Source of the DNA: Antedon mediterranea | Taxonomy: Eukaryota > Animalia > Echinodermata | DNA: 64,000 nt | Reading direction: 5' to 3' | Assembly: GCF_964355755.1 (NCBI RefSeq) | Contig: NC_092671.1 | Coordinates: 18,414,001 to 18,478,000 of the forward strand | Shown here: positions 12,193-24,712 of the stretch, one piece after another | How positions within the stretch are numbered: the stretch's first letter is position 1 | How the letters are laid out: the number at the start of each line of letters is the position of its first letter | The notes under the pieces: model-generated | What the model saw: the letters and a program-made list of their open reading frames with translations, nothing else | Databases searched by the model: none | Told to the model about the DNA's origin: nothing | Made by a program: the position numbers and the translations under genes

Positions 12193-13830
12193 ATGGCTGA
12201 TAAGAAACAGAAAAAGAAAAACGAAAAAAAGAAGATATACAAATGCCAAGCTAATACAAATGGTATACATATGGAAAAAGAAATGGAAAGGATCGACATA
12301 TCTGATTCTCCCCCAACACTAACAAAAATGGATTCTAAGCCAAACTCACAAACTGCTTGTTCTCCGCCAACCTTATTGAGAATCTGCGATGAATTCCCTT
12401 CAATAAATGAGCAACATCCTGGAACCTTTGATAAAAGGTTTAACAATATTATTGTCAACTATATGGAAGAAAACTATGAGCTTAAGCTACAAATTGTAAG
12501 AACAGAAAATGAAAATCTCAGAACAGAAAACAAATCACTAAAATCTGAGGTTGAGTCTCTGAAACAAAGGCATCTAAAAATACACTGTCCCAAAAAAAAT
12601 GATGACATTTCTAAAATTAGAGCTGATATCGACAAATCTAATGAAAGAATGAAAAAATTGGAGAAGGAAAACAAAAATCTGAAACTTGACTTTGAGTCTT
12701 GGAGGTTATGGGAAAAACGGACAATGAACAAGGAAGAACAAATAAAGACATTACGTCAACAAGTTACAGAAACGGAGCGTAGCTTATCCATAGCTAAAGA
12801 CGAAATATATGAACTAAAAAGAACGCAAATTGCCATCGACACCTCAGATTTTGAACTACAACGTAGGACGAGAAAACAAATAATGGAAAGTCACACAAGT
12901 TCTACGACAACGCAAACAAGGAAAGTTTCTTCTAACACAAACGATTCTATTACACAAACTGAACAATTGATTGATAATCTGTTTGAGGAGCTTACCAACA
13001 GGCAGCCATCTTCTACTCCTTCAAAACTGACCAAATCAAAATCATCTGCGTCTGCTGCATACCAGGATCAACTAAGCCAATATAGAAACAAACACAAACA
13101 GATACACTCTGATACAGCTTTAGATAAAAAAATCTTGATTATTGGAGATTCGATGATAAAACAGTTTAAACCAAAACGACTTAGCAGGTCAACAAATCTG
13201 AACGTAATCTGTCAGACAATGAGAGGCGCAAAAATTGATGACATTGCACACAAGGCAGCAGTACTGTCAACAGAACATAATGTGGATAGAATTATTCTAC
13301 ACGCGGGAACTAATAACTCCTCAGATGACCCAGCCACTATTGCAGTAAAAATATCATCTCTCGGAGAATCTTTACAACCGAGAAGAGTAACAATCTCCTC
13401 GATAATTCATCGAAAACATGAATCTCTTACAGAATCTAAGCGTATAAACGATGCCAATGACAAGATACGAGCAGTTGCTAGACAGCGAAATTGGGGCTTT
13501 ATTGACAATAGTTGTATCATGTCAAAACACCTGTCTTCGGATGGAACTCACCTAAACCAAATTGGAGTTGGGTCATTTGCCAAAAATGTTATAAACCACA
13601 TCAATGGAAATTCGTGCGACGAATCTTTGTCTGTACCTGTGCCTGACATACACAAGCCACAGTCGTCGATTTTTCATCGTGCGAATATGTATCAACGACA
13701 AACGGAAGCAAATCGTCCATTGGAGAATCATCAATTTCTACAAATAAAACCCCACAGAGACCAAATACACCAAGAGTGGAGCCAGTACCTGGACACAGTC
13801 CGCCGACTGCAAAAGGACACAGCGCCATAA
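12193..13830 (+). CDS. LINE ORF1p: coiled coil + SGNH/GDSL esterase domain
   Basis: 545-aa intact ORF; heptad-rich N-half; SGNH blocks ILIIGDSM, RGAKI, HAGTNN, DGTHLN. Confidence 0.88.
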   Translation: MADKKQKKKNEKKKIYKCQANTNGIHMEKEMERIDISDSPPTLTKMDSKPNSQTACSPPTLLRICDEFPSINEQHPGTFDKRFNNIIVNYMEENYELKLQIVRTENENLRTENKSLKSEVESLKQRHLKIHCPKKNDDISKIRADIDKSNERMKKLEKENKNLKLDFESWRLWEKRTMNKEEQIKTLRQQVTETERSLSIAKDEIYELKRTQIAIDTSDFELQRRTRKQIMESHTSSTTTQTRKVSSNTNDSITQTEQLIDNLFEELTNRQPSSTPSKLTKSKSSASAAYQDQLSQYRNKHKQIHSDTALDKKILIIGDSMIKQFKPKRLSRSTNLNVICQTMRGAKIDDIAHKAAVLSTEHNVDRIILHAGTNNSSDDPATIAVKISSLGESLQPRRVTISSIIHRKHESLTESKRINDANDKIRAVARQRNWGFIDNSCIMSKHLSSDGTHLNQIGVGSFAKNVINHINGNSCDESLSVPVPDIHKPQSSIFHRANMYQRQTEANRPLENHQFLQIKPHRDQIHQEWSQYLDTVRRLQKDTAP

Positions 13831-16800
13831 GTACTCATTTTTCTAAATTAAAATTATGTGTACTTAATGCTCGATCCACGCAACGCAAAGCCTCAAGAAA
13901 AGGAGTGGAGCAAGTATCTGGAAATGGTGAGACGAGTACTAAATCCACAGAAAAGCATAGGTCTATAGAAAAAGCACATCTTAATTTTGGCGTTCTAAAT
14001 GCACGTTCACTGCGTAACAAGTGTGATGAATTTGTGGACTTAGTTGTTAGCTATAATCTAGATGTAGTGGCGGTGTCTAAAACCTGGTTAAGACCAGATG
14101 ATGATCTTGTGATTGGAGATTTAACTCCACTAGGATATCGCTTTGTGCATGTCCCTAGGGTGGACAAAACTGGGGGTGGTGTTGGAATTCTGTCTAAGTC
14201 AAGCTTAGTTGTTAACTTGAAAACGGATGTACATACATATGCATCATTTGAGGCTATACATGTGCATATTACGTCTAACTCGAAATCTCTTCGTTTAGTT
14301 AACATATATCGACCACCAACCTTGTCTGTTACAGTGTTCCTAAATGATTTTGAAAAAATGTTGTTTGACTTTATTCTCTTTTCGTCTGAAATTGTTTTCT
14401 GCGGAGACTTTAATATCCATATGGATAATAAAAAAAATGTGGCAGCGGATAGATTTAAAACACTGCTTAGATCGTTTGGTCTCCAGCAACATATAAATGA
14501 ACCCACACACTGTAGTGGGCACTGCCTCGACCTTATCATCACTAGAGATGATCTACTTCTCTCGGATGTAAAGATACACCCTGGCCTGTCAGATCATTTT
14601 GCCATATTTTGCAAGTTTGATCTTAAACGGCCCACAACACACAAAACTGTAAGAAAAAGTCGCAACCTAAAACAAATTGATATTGATAAATTCACAAATG
14701 ACATTAAAGCCTGTGTGTCTAATATAACTGATGTAAGTGTAATTCTTGAAGACAGTGTAGAAAGCTATTCTGATCTCAGAGCTGTACTTGATTTACATGC
14801 GCCAGTTCAGAACAAAACAATTAGGCAAAAGGAAGCTAAACCGTGGTATACCGATGAAATTCGATCTGAAAGGAAAGTACGTCGTCAACTTGAACGTAAA
14901 TGGATGAAATCAAAGCTTCCTAAGGATAGACAGGAATACTGTCTTCAAAGATGCGTTGTAAATGGACTGATTGAAAAGGCCAAGACGCGGTATTACTCTA
15001 GTCTGGTTAGTGACTGCACAGGTGATCAAAAGAAACTTTTCAATATAGTAAATAAACTTTTACATCACTCCAAGTCATCGGTCCTTCCTTCGTCTGTCTC
15101 CGATGAAGCTCTTGCTGAAAGATTTTCTGTGTTTTTTGTAAATAAAATTAAATCAATTCGTGATTCACTAGAAAATGAAAATACTGGCGAAGTTATAACT
15201 GCTTCTGATAAATGTAATATATCTTATGGTTTAACTAGGTCTATACGGTTTTCTCAGTTCGAACCTGCAAGTGATGAGGAAATTTTAAAAATTGTCAAAA
15301 ATTCTCCCTCTAAATCATGTGCACTTGACCCGGTACCAACTTCACTGATTAAGAAATGTACTTCTGCATTTATTCCATTAATCACACATATTGTTAATAA
15401 GTCTCTTGAAAGTGGTTCTTTCCCAGAGTCTCTAAAAGTCACCCATGTTCGACCCACATTGAAAAAAACAGGTCTAGATCCCGAGATTCTGAAAAACTAC
15501 AGACCTATCTCGAATCTTAGTTTTTTAGGAAAAATAATTGAGAAGGTTGTTTCTAAACGGATTTTGTCGCATGTACAAAAACATGGCCTACTTGATCCGT
15601 ATCAATCTGCCTACAAAGCGCATCACAGTACTGAAACGGCATTACTTCGTGTAAATAATGACATCCTACGTGGGATGGATGATGGAAAGCTAACTGCTCT
15701 AGTATTATTAGATTTAAGTGCAGCATTTGATACGGTTGATCATTCTGTGTTGCTAAATAGACTCAGTACTTATATTGGTATTGAAGGAAATGCACTTGAT
15801 TGGTGTCGGTCATATTTGGAAAAACGACCTCAACACGTATTGGTGATGCTATTTCAAAAGCTTCTTTTCTAAACTTTTCGGTACCACAAGGATCTGTTCT
15901 TGGGCCGCAATGGTTTACTATTTATTTACACCCGATACGGGATATCATAAGTAAATATGATCTGTGCTATCATGTTTATGCTGATGATACTCAGATTTAT
16001 ATTTCTTTTAAACCTACTATGAAACACAGTGACATTTCTTTGGAATTGCTCCAACATTGTATCTATGAATTGCGTGTCTGGATGAAAAACAACTTTCTTA
16101 AATTAAATGATGAAAAAACAGAATTTGTTCTCTTTGGATCAAAACAGCAGTTGGAAAAACTGCCACCAAGCTTTATTCACATTGGTGAAACCCAAATTGA
16201 CCCGGCTAGGCAGGTTAGAAATCTTGGGGTTGAAATGGATGTGGGTATGACTATGATTTCTCATATCTCAAAAACTATTTCTGCGTCGTCTTTTCACTTG
16301 CGAAACATTCGAAGGATTCGTAAGTTTATAAATGAGACAGCAGCTAAACAACTTGTTCATGCTTTTGTCACTTCACGACTAGATATGGGAAACTCTTTGC
16401 TATACGGGCTACCACAAAAACAACTCCACAGGCTCCAACTGATTCAAAATACAGCGGCACGAGTTGTTAAAAAATTACCAAGATATGGACACATATCAAA
16501 TACTTTGGAAATATTGCATTGGCTCCCTGTTAGGTACCGCATTGTTTTTAAAATATTACTCTTTGTTTTTAAGTCTATAAATGGCATGGCTCCTGAATAT
16601 ATTTCTGACATGCTTAGGCTGTATGTTCCCGGACGTAATCTGCGCTCTAGTGACTCGCTGCTTCTACATCAGCCTAAGTCTCACCACTCATGGGGTGACA
16701 GAGCATTCTCCGTTACTGCTCCTCGTCTGTGGAATGCTCTACCGAGCTCTATAAGATTTTGCAAAACTGTTGATACTTTTAAAAAATTATTTAAAACACA

Positions 16801-16840
16801 TTTATTCATTAAGGCATATGGAAATCATGAGGTTTCTTAA
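13776..16840 (+). pseudogene. LINE ORF2 (APE endonuclease + reverse transcriptase), one frameshift near 15835
   Basis: NARS, GGGV, IYRPP, GDFNIH, LDLI, SDH (APE); YRPISNL, QSAY, LDLSAAFDTVDH, then PQGSVLGP and YADDTQ in the second frame (15800..16840). The conserved APE ETW motif reads KTW. Confidence 0.92.
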
Positions 16841-17191
16841 AGTTGTTTAGACTTAGAATTGTTTTGTATACCTTTTCCTGGCCAGCATTCTCTTTGGGGT
16901 GCCTCTGTCTTGGTTGTTGTCTCTGAGCACCCGGTCGTCTGTGGCAAGGCAAATGTGTATCCTGCTCCTTTGTTTGGTCACCTAAGTAGGGGTCCGGGAC
17001 CGCGACAGAATGACAACGGATGGGGACCCTCCAAAGAAATTGCATTTTATTTGCCAGGAATTTGTATGATTTATTTCTTTTTTATTTTTAAATGCGCCTT
17101 GAGCACTCTGGAGTGGTATGTGCGCTATAAAAATCTTATTATTATATTATTATTATAATACAATTTACTACTTAAAATAATAAATAAAAAC

Positions 17192-17312
17192 AACAAGGCC
17201 AGCAGCCATAAGTCGCGTGCTAAAACGCATAGTGATACCGGACCGACAGACAGACTGACAGACCGACCGACCGACATAGTGAACTATAGAGTCGCGTCCA
17301 CGCGACTAAAAA
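17192..17312 (+). mobile_element. Helentron/DINE-1-like short element
   Basis: Closely matches 2189..2370 with a shorter microsatellite; terminal hairpin agtcgcgt-cc-acgcgact. Confidence 0.65.
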
Positions 17313-17399
17313 CGATGAAATAAAAATAGATACTTTCAGTGTACTACAATCATAATAATATTAAAATTAGTATAAAAAATAAGAATTTTTTTTTACATA

Positions 17400-18350
17400 T
17401 TTACGAAAAGTATAAAGAGATTTAAAATGCTTTAGTTTGTCATCAAGATCATTCCAGATTCACGGTCCTGAAACAGAAATAAAATATTCGGAAATTTTCA
17501 GTCTAATAGGAGGTACATCAAGATGCTGAAATTTATTGTCGATACGTAAATTGTACTTGTGTGATTTTGTATGATGAATTAATAGATTATACATTGTCAC
17601 AGGGAGTTTGGTATTAAAGAATTGAAAAATAAAGGAAGCAATTTGTGTTGTAAATAGATCATGTAGACTAAGAATATTGAGTTGTTTAAGTAAAGGTTGG
17701 GAAGGGGCGAGATAGTGAGAGAAAGTAATAATACGGGCAGCACGTTTAATTTGTTTATTAAGTTTTTCTAAATTTGATGGGTAGTCGGCTGCCCAAATAA
17801 TGTTGAAATAAAGAAGATGAGGTTGTATCTTTTTTGATACATACGCTTGATGACTGGTCCATCTCAAGTATTCATGTAAATAAACTCTGAGGAATAGTGC
17901 TTTACGTTCAAACGGTGTTATATAAGACATTGATATCAGAATGAGAATACAAAATCGTAGTATCATCAGCAAAGGATATGACTTTCAGAGTGTCACTTGA
18001 TCTAGAAAGATCATATACATAATTTAAAAATAGTAGTGGTCCTAAAACCGACCCTTGAGGCCTCAATTTACAGCCTCCACTGATGATTTAAATAACTTTC
18101 AAACCAGTTTTTATGCAATTCCTCTAATGCTATAATTAAATAATTTACCAAGAAGAATTTTTTTTCAAACGCTTTTGACAAGTCTATAAAAACGGAGAGT
18201 AAAAATTGCTGGTTGTCAAGAGATGAGGTGATGTTGTTAACAAGATCCATAATTGCATGGGATGTGGAATGGTTATGACGGAAGCCATATTGGTTAGTAT
18301 AAAGAATGTTGAATTTAGTAAGGTACATAGAGTCGCTGGTGCATGGTCTT
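17400..18350 (-). pseudogene. Degenerate CR1/Crack-like LINE reverse transcriptase
   Basis: NQYGFRHNHSTSHA..FIDLSKAF, PQGSVLGPLLF, FADDT, KRAARII..PLLKQLNILSL; several deletions and frameshifts. Confidence 0.85.
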
Positions 18351-18783
18351 AATACATAATTTATTATAGCCCAGGTTTTTTTAAGGTTACATTTTACATT
18401 TTGAAATTTTGATATATAATAGGTTAATAGTATCAGAATCTATAGCAAAATCATGGAATGGGAGATGACAAAAATAATTCTCAGACATCATTTTGACAAC
18501 GATTTAACAATTTGAGAAGCATCACTGAATATAAAGTAAATGGTAATAGTAAATAATAACAATAATAATAATACATTAACAAAACAGAAAAACAAGATAT
18601 GATAAGAGTGCATTTACAGAAGTAAATTAAAACAGGAGCTCCCGGTATAATATACATAACAGCTAACGGAAAAACGATATCATTGCATATTTTAAAATAA
18701 TATAATTATATAAAGTCAAGGGGAAAAAAGTTCTTCTTGGATAGATGAAGCTGGATAGAGTTCATCATTGTGCAAACAGGTTA

Positions 18784-19563
18784 CTACTTAAACGCATGTG
18801 GGATACCAGTTGATGAACGCCATTTCCCGGCTCTGAACCTAAGCTTGATTCCTTGATCATACAGGGCTTTAACTTGGGTCTTCCACTTGTTCTTCTCTTG
18901 CCTGTCCGTGCGGGTTTGGTCGTCTATAATGTAGGCACCTGGACTAAAATCAATTAGACAGTTATTACGTATTAAAATCTGTTTTTAAAAATATTTGTGA
19001 CTGTCCCTTTAATTGAATTTGAATAAGGAACTAGGAACTAGGAACTAGTAACCAACTTCACAGACATCTGGACTAGCGAGTTTATGTCGGTTTTTGAGGA
19101 TTGCTACTTTGTCCACATATGATAGCACTTTAAATAGTATATAGGGCGGCTTGCCTTGGAATCCTATACCGTCTCGATGGGCTCTCTCAATCGTCGGTTT
19201 AATTTCAAAATGAGTGGCTAAGAAATCTTCAACAATGTTGATTGGGTTTTCGTTATCAGATTTAGCGATTCCCACAATGCGAATGTTATTTCTCCTGGAG
19301 AACCGTTCAGCCTTGTTTAGCTCAGCCTGCATAGACGCAATTGTGTTGTGAGCTGTATGCAAATCGTCGACAAATTCCGCCTGCCAAGCTTCGTATCGCG
19401 ACTGAGCTATTTCCAGAGCAATAATTCTGTCTTCGTTGAATTTAATAGATTCAGCTAGCTTATTCTCAAGGTTATTTTGCGATTTCATGATATTGGAAAG
19501 AGATTCTTTAACAAATTCTTCAAAACTTACGTTGTCAGGCTTTTTGGAACGTGTTGTAGACAT
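18784..19563 (-). pseudogene. LINE ORF1 (L1/Transposase_22-type RRM) interrupted by a 121-bp insert
   Basis: SRRNNIRIVGI..IERAHR..ILFKV motifs. Removing 18947..19075 rejoins KLASP|GAYIIDDQT..LRFRAGKW..FK*. Probably the same element as the RT at 17400..18350. Confidence 0.8.
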
Positions 19564-21259
19564 TATGAAAAAGTAATATCGGGAGCTCTCGGCACGTCTT
19601 AATAAAGCGGAGTCATGAATACTCAATTCTCAATGACTCAAAATGTCAAAACCATACATTAAAAATACAAAATTATGATTAAAAATCCAAGTTAACCAAG
19701 ATGTTCATAAAATTATATAATACATAGTTTCTTAAAAATAGTAAAAAATGTTAAAATTAAACAGTCTAAAATAATACTAAAATTTGAGAACCATACATTA
19801 AAAATACAAAATTATGATTAAAAATCCAAATTAACAAAGATGTTCATAAAAAAGAATACACCACATAAAAAATACATTGAACAGATTTAAAAACAGATAT
19901 ACTAGGGAAATGAAGGTGTAATGAGATGAAATCATCTGTTATGAGCGCTCAGCCTTGTTTGCACTACCAATAGCAGTGTATTAGTAATGCAATTTGCTTC
20001 CCATAGTTGAGACCCTTTAAATTGTAGAATTATTTGTTTTCCTAATTTAAAATTGTTGATTTTTGTGACAATTGATAATAACTCTAATGTTATACTACAA
20101 CTTTTAATAATCTCTCAAAGGCCTATTGTTCATTGACCGACAGTCGAATGCTAAAATACACTGTAGAAGGTTTTTTCACGATCTTTAGATTTTAAACTGT
20201 GTTTAAAAGTATTAGTATGGATTGGTACAAGCAGGTTACACTCTTCCCTGGTACAAGATAGATTACATGATGCATACTAAGATTAATAGACCAACTTTTC
20301 TAAGAGATAATAGTAAGTATTAACTTCTGTTTCATATAAATTATCAATAAAAGTAGTTGAACATTACTTACTAGCAAAAATTGAATTACACGTCAAGGAA
20401 ATTATTGCAAATTATACAAATGAACATTACAGTGCGCCACCAATAAGGGAAGAAGTTAGCCAAGCCAGTAACCAAGAAGTAGACTATTGAATGTATAATT
20501 ATAGTGTGTATTTCTAAAGCCTCAAGTCATAAAGGGGTATTCTGAATGACAGTTCAAATATTGCGCTATATGTCAAATCTACACGTTGTTAGATAGGCCT
20601 AGAATTATATTAGAATTAGTTAGAAAGAAATTATTAATCTCTTACTATTTTTTAATTCTATTTTTCAATCATGATGGAGACTTCAATTACGATACAGTAC
20701 TTTGCTATCAAATGCGTTACATTGGGTGATTTATCTGTATATTAATGCTACCGTGTCGTGGCGCCCTTCCCCCATAATATCGCATGCATTAGTAACGTTA
20801 CACTTACAGTCATTAAAACGTATTTATTTAAAGAGTATCATAAATTCTAAGTTATGTAAAGCGCCACCGAAATGCAGTATAACAAGGCACAGAAGTCACT
20901 TGATGGTCTTCGATGATAGACGTGTACGTAAAATCAGAACAATATTCTTATAGATATTTGAATTAATGTTAGATGTTTCCTTTAGAACTGCTGACATCAG
21001 TGAGTATATTATCGTTTTTATTTAATTTGTTTATGAGTTAAAAAACAATGATTGCAATTAAACAATCGCACCATCAATTACGGAATATCCTATTCGTGTA
21101 TAGAAGTTGTCAAACAAAGTACATCCTGGGCCATCGTTTAATAAGACAATAACATGTGAACAAATTATAGAAAAATATAATTAGACTTCTGCTCATATTC
21201 AATCTAAAACAGTTCAACCAGGCACGCTATAAAGCCGGGAGTATCTCTGTTGAGCCTAT

Positions 21260-21857
21260 GAAATATGCAAAAAGTCACATTTGTGCAAACAACCAACATT
21301 TGTGCAAACATGGCACCCTCAAGGGTTTCTCTAACAATTTGTTCAAGATATAGGCACTTACATATTTAATTGCAGTACAGGCTGAAATAAAAACAAATCA
21401 TGTCCGTGGATGCAGGACTGGCACGTGGTCGCTGCTTGCTGGAGATGGTAACTTCCATTATAGTTGTTTTTTAAGGAAATTCACAAACATAATGAACTGA
21501 GTTCATATGATTGGACATGATTGTGGGTTTTTTTCAAAACAAATTATTTCAGCCTGTACTACAATTAGGCCTAAATATGTAAGTGGCTATATCTTGAAAA
21601 CATTGTTAGAAAAACTCGTGACTATTGCGAATTAGCTTAGGTCTATCATTTTTAATAAACGATTTTGGCTGAAAAACAGGATTTGCACATTTTGTAGAAT
21701 TTCATTTGCACATTAAATAATAACTTCAAAACTTATCGTTTTTACATTTAACAGCGTATAGAATTGCACATTTGAGGGTGCCATGTTTGTACAAATGTGT
21801 TATTTTGTACATTTGAAGACAACGTGGTTGCACAAATGTTACTTTTTGCACATTTCA
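21260..21857. mobile_element. Foldback/MITE-like element with nested inverted repeats
   Basis: gaaatatgcaaaaagtcacatttgtgcaa..catggcaccctcaa (21260-21322) is inverted at 21772-21857; inner pair ~21325-21390 vs ~21544-21614. Confidence 0.65.
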
Positions 21858-21921
21858 CCGATAAACAATCCCCATCAGCATGATTGCCGTCATGTCCCTG
21901 ACACACTATACAAGCTAATGT

Positions 21922-22247
21922 GAGTGAGTGAGTGGCCGAGCGGTTAAGACAGTGGAACCGTAATTACGTAGCCATAACATCGGCATGGGTTCGAGGCTCA
22001 CTCACTCCATGGTTCTGGTGGTAGAACGAGTCTTCTCGGATAAGGACTATAAACCGTAGGTCCAGTGTACACATCTAGCTCGTGTGCACTTTAAAGAACC
22101 TAGTACATCTTTCGAGACGAGTAGGTGGTTACCCCGGTGTATTAGTACATCACAGCCACTGATCACCAACTGGGCTCTCTGGGAGACCAGTCTTTGACTG
22201 AAGAGGTTACCCAGTATAAATATATATTTCAATTCAATTCAATTCAA
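21922..22247 (+). mobile_element. tRNA-derived SINE with Deu/Nin-like central domain and (TTCAA)n tail
   Basis: A box TGGCCGAGCGG, B box GGTTCGAGGC, stem GAGTGAGTGAG/CTCACTCACTC; core taaggactataaaccgtaggtcc..taaagaacc..ccccggtgt; possible AATGT TSD. Confidence 0.8.
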
Positions 22248-23191
22248 TGTCTTGATTAGTTATAGGAGCCTAATTGGTACTAAAATAAAAAAAAAACATG
22301 TTTAATATTATTTATCGTTATGTGTATTTACAGGTTAGTGATTTAAGACAAGGTAAAAAAAATATATAAATAAAAAAATATATAAGGAAGCTTCATTGTC
22401 ACCAAAACAACCAAATTAAAAATGTTTTAGCAGATGTGATATTGTGATATTTATACGTCTGGTTCCATAACATTGGGCCATGTACTTTGATGAAATGTTT
22501 AATAGAAGTTCGTCTAGTAAACGACACTCTTGGTTACACTAGATTTATTACCGGGTCTATCAGATTCATATGGTAACATATATCTGAATCTAAAAGAAGA
22601 CAAACTACCTTAGTTTTCTCTACGAGTAATCAAAGTAGGTAACCCAATATTATCGGACCATATTCTGTTTTTATAATCTTGACCCAACATTATTCGTAGG
22701 CTCTTTTTTGTATTCGGCCATTTTGCAGTTTCAATTCACCCTCCGTAGAAAAAAACAACAAACATAATAAAAAAAATATAAAAAACGGTTAAATTGAATT
22801 CATTTTCTGACAACCATTTGGATTATGTATTTCTAAGTTACACTTTTTAAAAAACTAAAGTGATTTACTATTGTGTGACATTAAAATGGCATATTCAACC
22901 TTTTTAAATATAATTTGTGTCAAGGAGACAATATATTTGTTATATAAAGGAAATACAGGGCAATGTATTCTTAAGTTAAGGAATTATTGTATTTGTTCAT
23001 AATTATAAATATTTTACATTATTTTGATAAATATTGACAGAACAAGAATAAAAATTTGAGCTTTAGTGTAAATAATAATTCTAAAAGCAAGAATAGAAAT
23101 GCAGTCAAAGCTAATATACGGTATTGTAGTGCAATGAAAAAATAATGTTTAAAACATAAAATCGAAAATATAACAAGAAATATTTCAAATA

Positions 23192-23290
23192 AAACATGGC
23201 TGCAGTCGCGTTCTCAAGTTAGTGTTTACCGATCGACCGACCAACCGACCGACATAGTGAGCTGTAAGTCGCGCTGCACGCGACTAAAAA
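23192..23290 (+). mobile_element. Helentron/DINE-1-like short element
   Basis: aaacatggctgcagtcgcg..(gacc)n..gacatagtgagctgta..gtcgcgctgcacgcgactaaaaa. Confidence 0.6.
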
Positions 23291-23499
23291 CGCTGCCCGC
23301 TTGTTGACGTAACATTTAGTGTGCCCCTGAAATTTTTTTTTTCAATGTGTTATTTTATTGTCACATAATAGTTATTCAGGTTTAACCAGCAAATTATTTA
23401 CCTGAAAAAATGCAATTTAGAGCAGAATATACTTTAATTGTCTGTCATACAATGGTTCAGAAACACTGCTGCACGCATATATAACACTTATAAGAAGAT

Positions 23500-23830
23500 C
23501 CTCACACATATCTCCTATTATATATAACCTCCATTTGGCTACATATTGACTCCCGCATAACATTTAAGATTCTTTTACTAACATTTAAAACGCTACTTCT
23601 TAAACAACCTACTTATATACTTTATTTTCTTCCCTCCTACAGGGGTTATATGTTCTCTGCTGCTTCTCTCTTTGGACTTTCTCTCCCTCGACATTTTACT
23701 AAATTAACATCTATTGCTATTTTTTAAAAAGAACTTAAATCTTTTTAACATCTAAAATAGGCACCTTTTTTTTTACCTCGGTTCAGTTGGTATTCTGGCG
23801 CTTTACAAATACCTAAATTATTACTATTAT
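23500..23830 (+). pseudogene. Old L2 LINE 3' fragment
   Basis: Frameshifted LH(W)LHIDSRITFKILLLTFKTL..FKKELKS; 3' end ggcgctttacaaat + ATT-rich tail. Confidence 0.55.
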
Positions 23831-24589
23831 TTATTTTTATTAAATGTCATTTTACTATGCGAACTATTTAGACACTGCAGTAAAACAAGTTTTCTAATTG
23901 GTAAACTTTGGATATGATGTTCATTTCAATTCAATGAAGTTCCTAAATTGTTTGCATAGTATAATGTAATTTAAGCAGTTATAACATAATATATGACGTC
24001 ACAACTACCATATGAGAATTTAAATATGCTAATATAGAATGTTTAACATCACATTTATATCTAATATATCTTGTTAATAAGGAGATATGGGGCTTCAAAA
24101 TAGCAAATGCTAATTAACCCACTTCCCGATGTCTGATGTTGGTAAACTTTGCATATTATGATGTTTGTTTGAACCATATTTATCAGACAAAGCAAAACAA
24201 ATTCTTTTGCAATTTGTTCTAGGTTCACACTATTTTTGACTTATCTCTCCTGGACTAACAGTGCTTTAAGCTAGCAGATATTTGATTTTCGAATTGCCGT
24301 CGATACAAAAATAATTGTTTCATTTATTTTTTTACTTTTATTTTTTTTTATTTTATTTTATTCAATTTTCAGGCACAAAAATACATGACAAGACAGCGGT
24401 GCAGCACCATGAGAATTGCCATGAGTGCAAAGCACTATCGAGATGGCTCTCCATATTGTAATATAATGTTATGAGGTTTCTGATTTGTAATGAAGACTCT
24501 TACTCGCTTAACTGTAGTAACACATTGTTTATTCAATAATACGTTATATACTCAATACAATACAATATAGAAACAGGAACAGAGGATAC

Positions 24590-24712
24590 GGTGATGCTGT
24601 CGGTGAGGTGTGAGTGTAGGTCTGCTTCTGAAGAAGTGGCTGTGAGGTGTAGATGTTCTTCTGAAGAAGTGGCTGTGAGGTGTGTGCTCCGTGAGGTGGC
24701 TGTAAGGTGTGT
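24590..24712. repeat. Short imperfect tandem repeat (gaagtggctgtgaggtgt core, ~25-33 bp period)
   Basis: Four related units visible. Confidence 0.7.

Larger units (their letters stand above)
11776..17157 (+). mobile_element. Near full-length L2-clade non-LTR retrotransposon (5' boundary approximate)
   Basis: ORF1 + APE/RT ORF2; L2-type C-terminus LHWLPVRYRIVFK..GDRAFSVTAPRLWNALP..FKKLFKTHLF; 3' end gcgccttgagc..gcgctataaaaat + (ATT)n tail. No TSD recognised. Confidence 0.9.
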
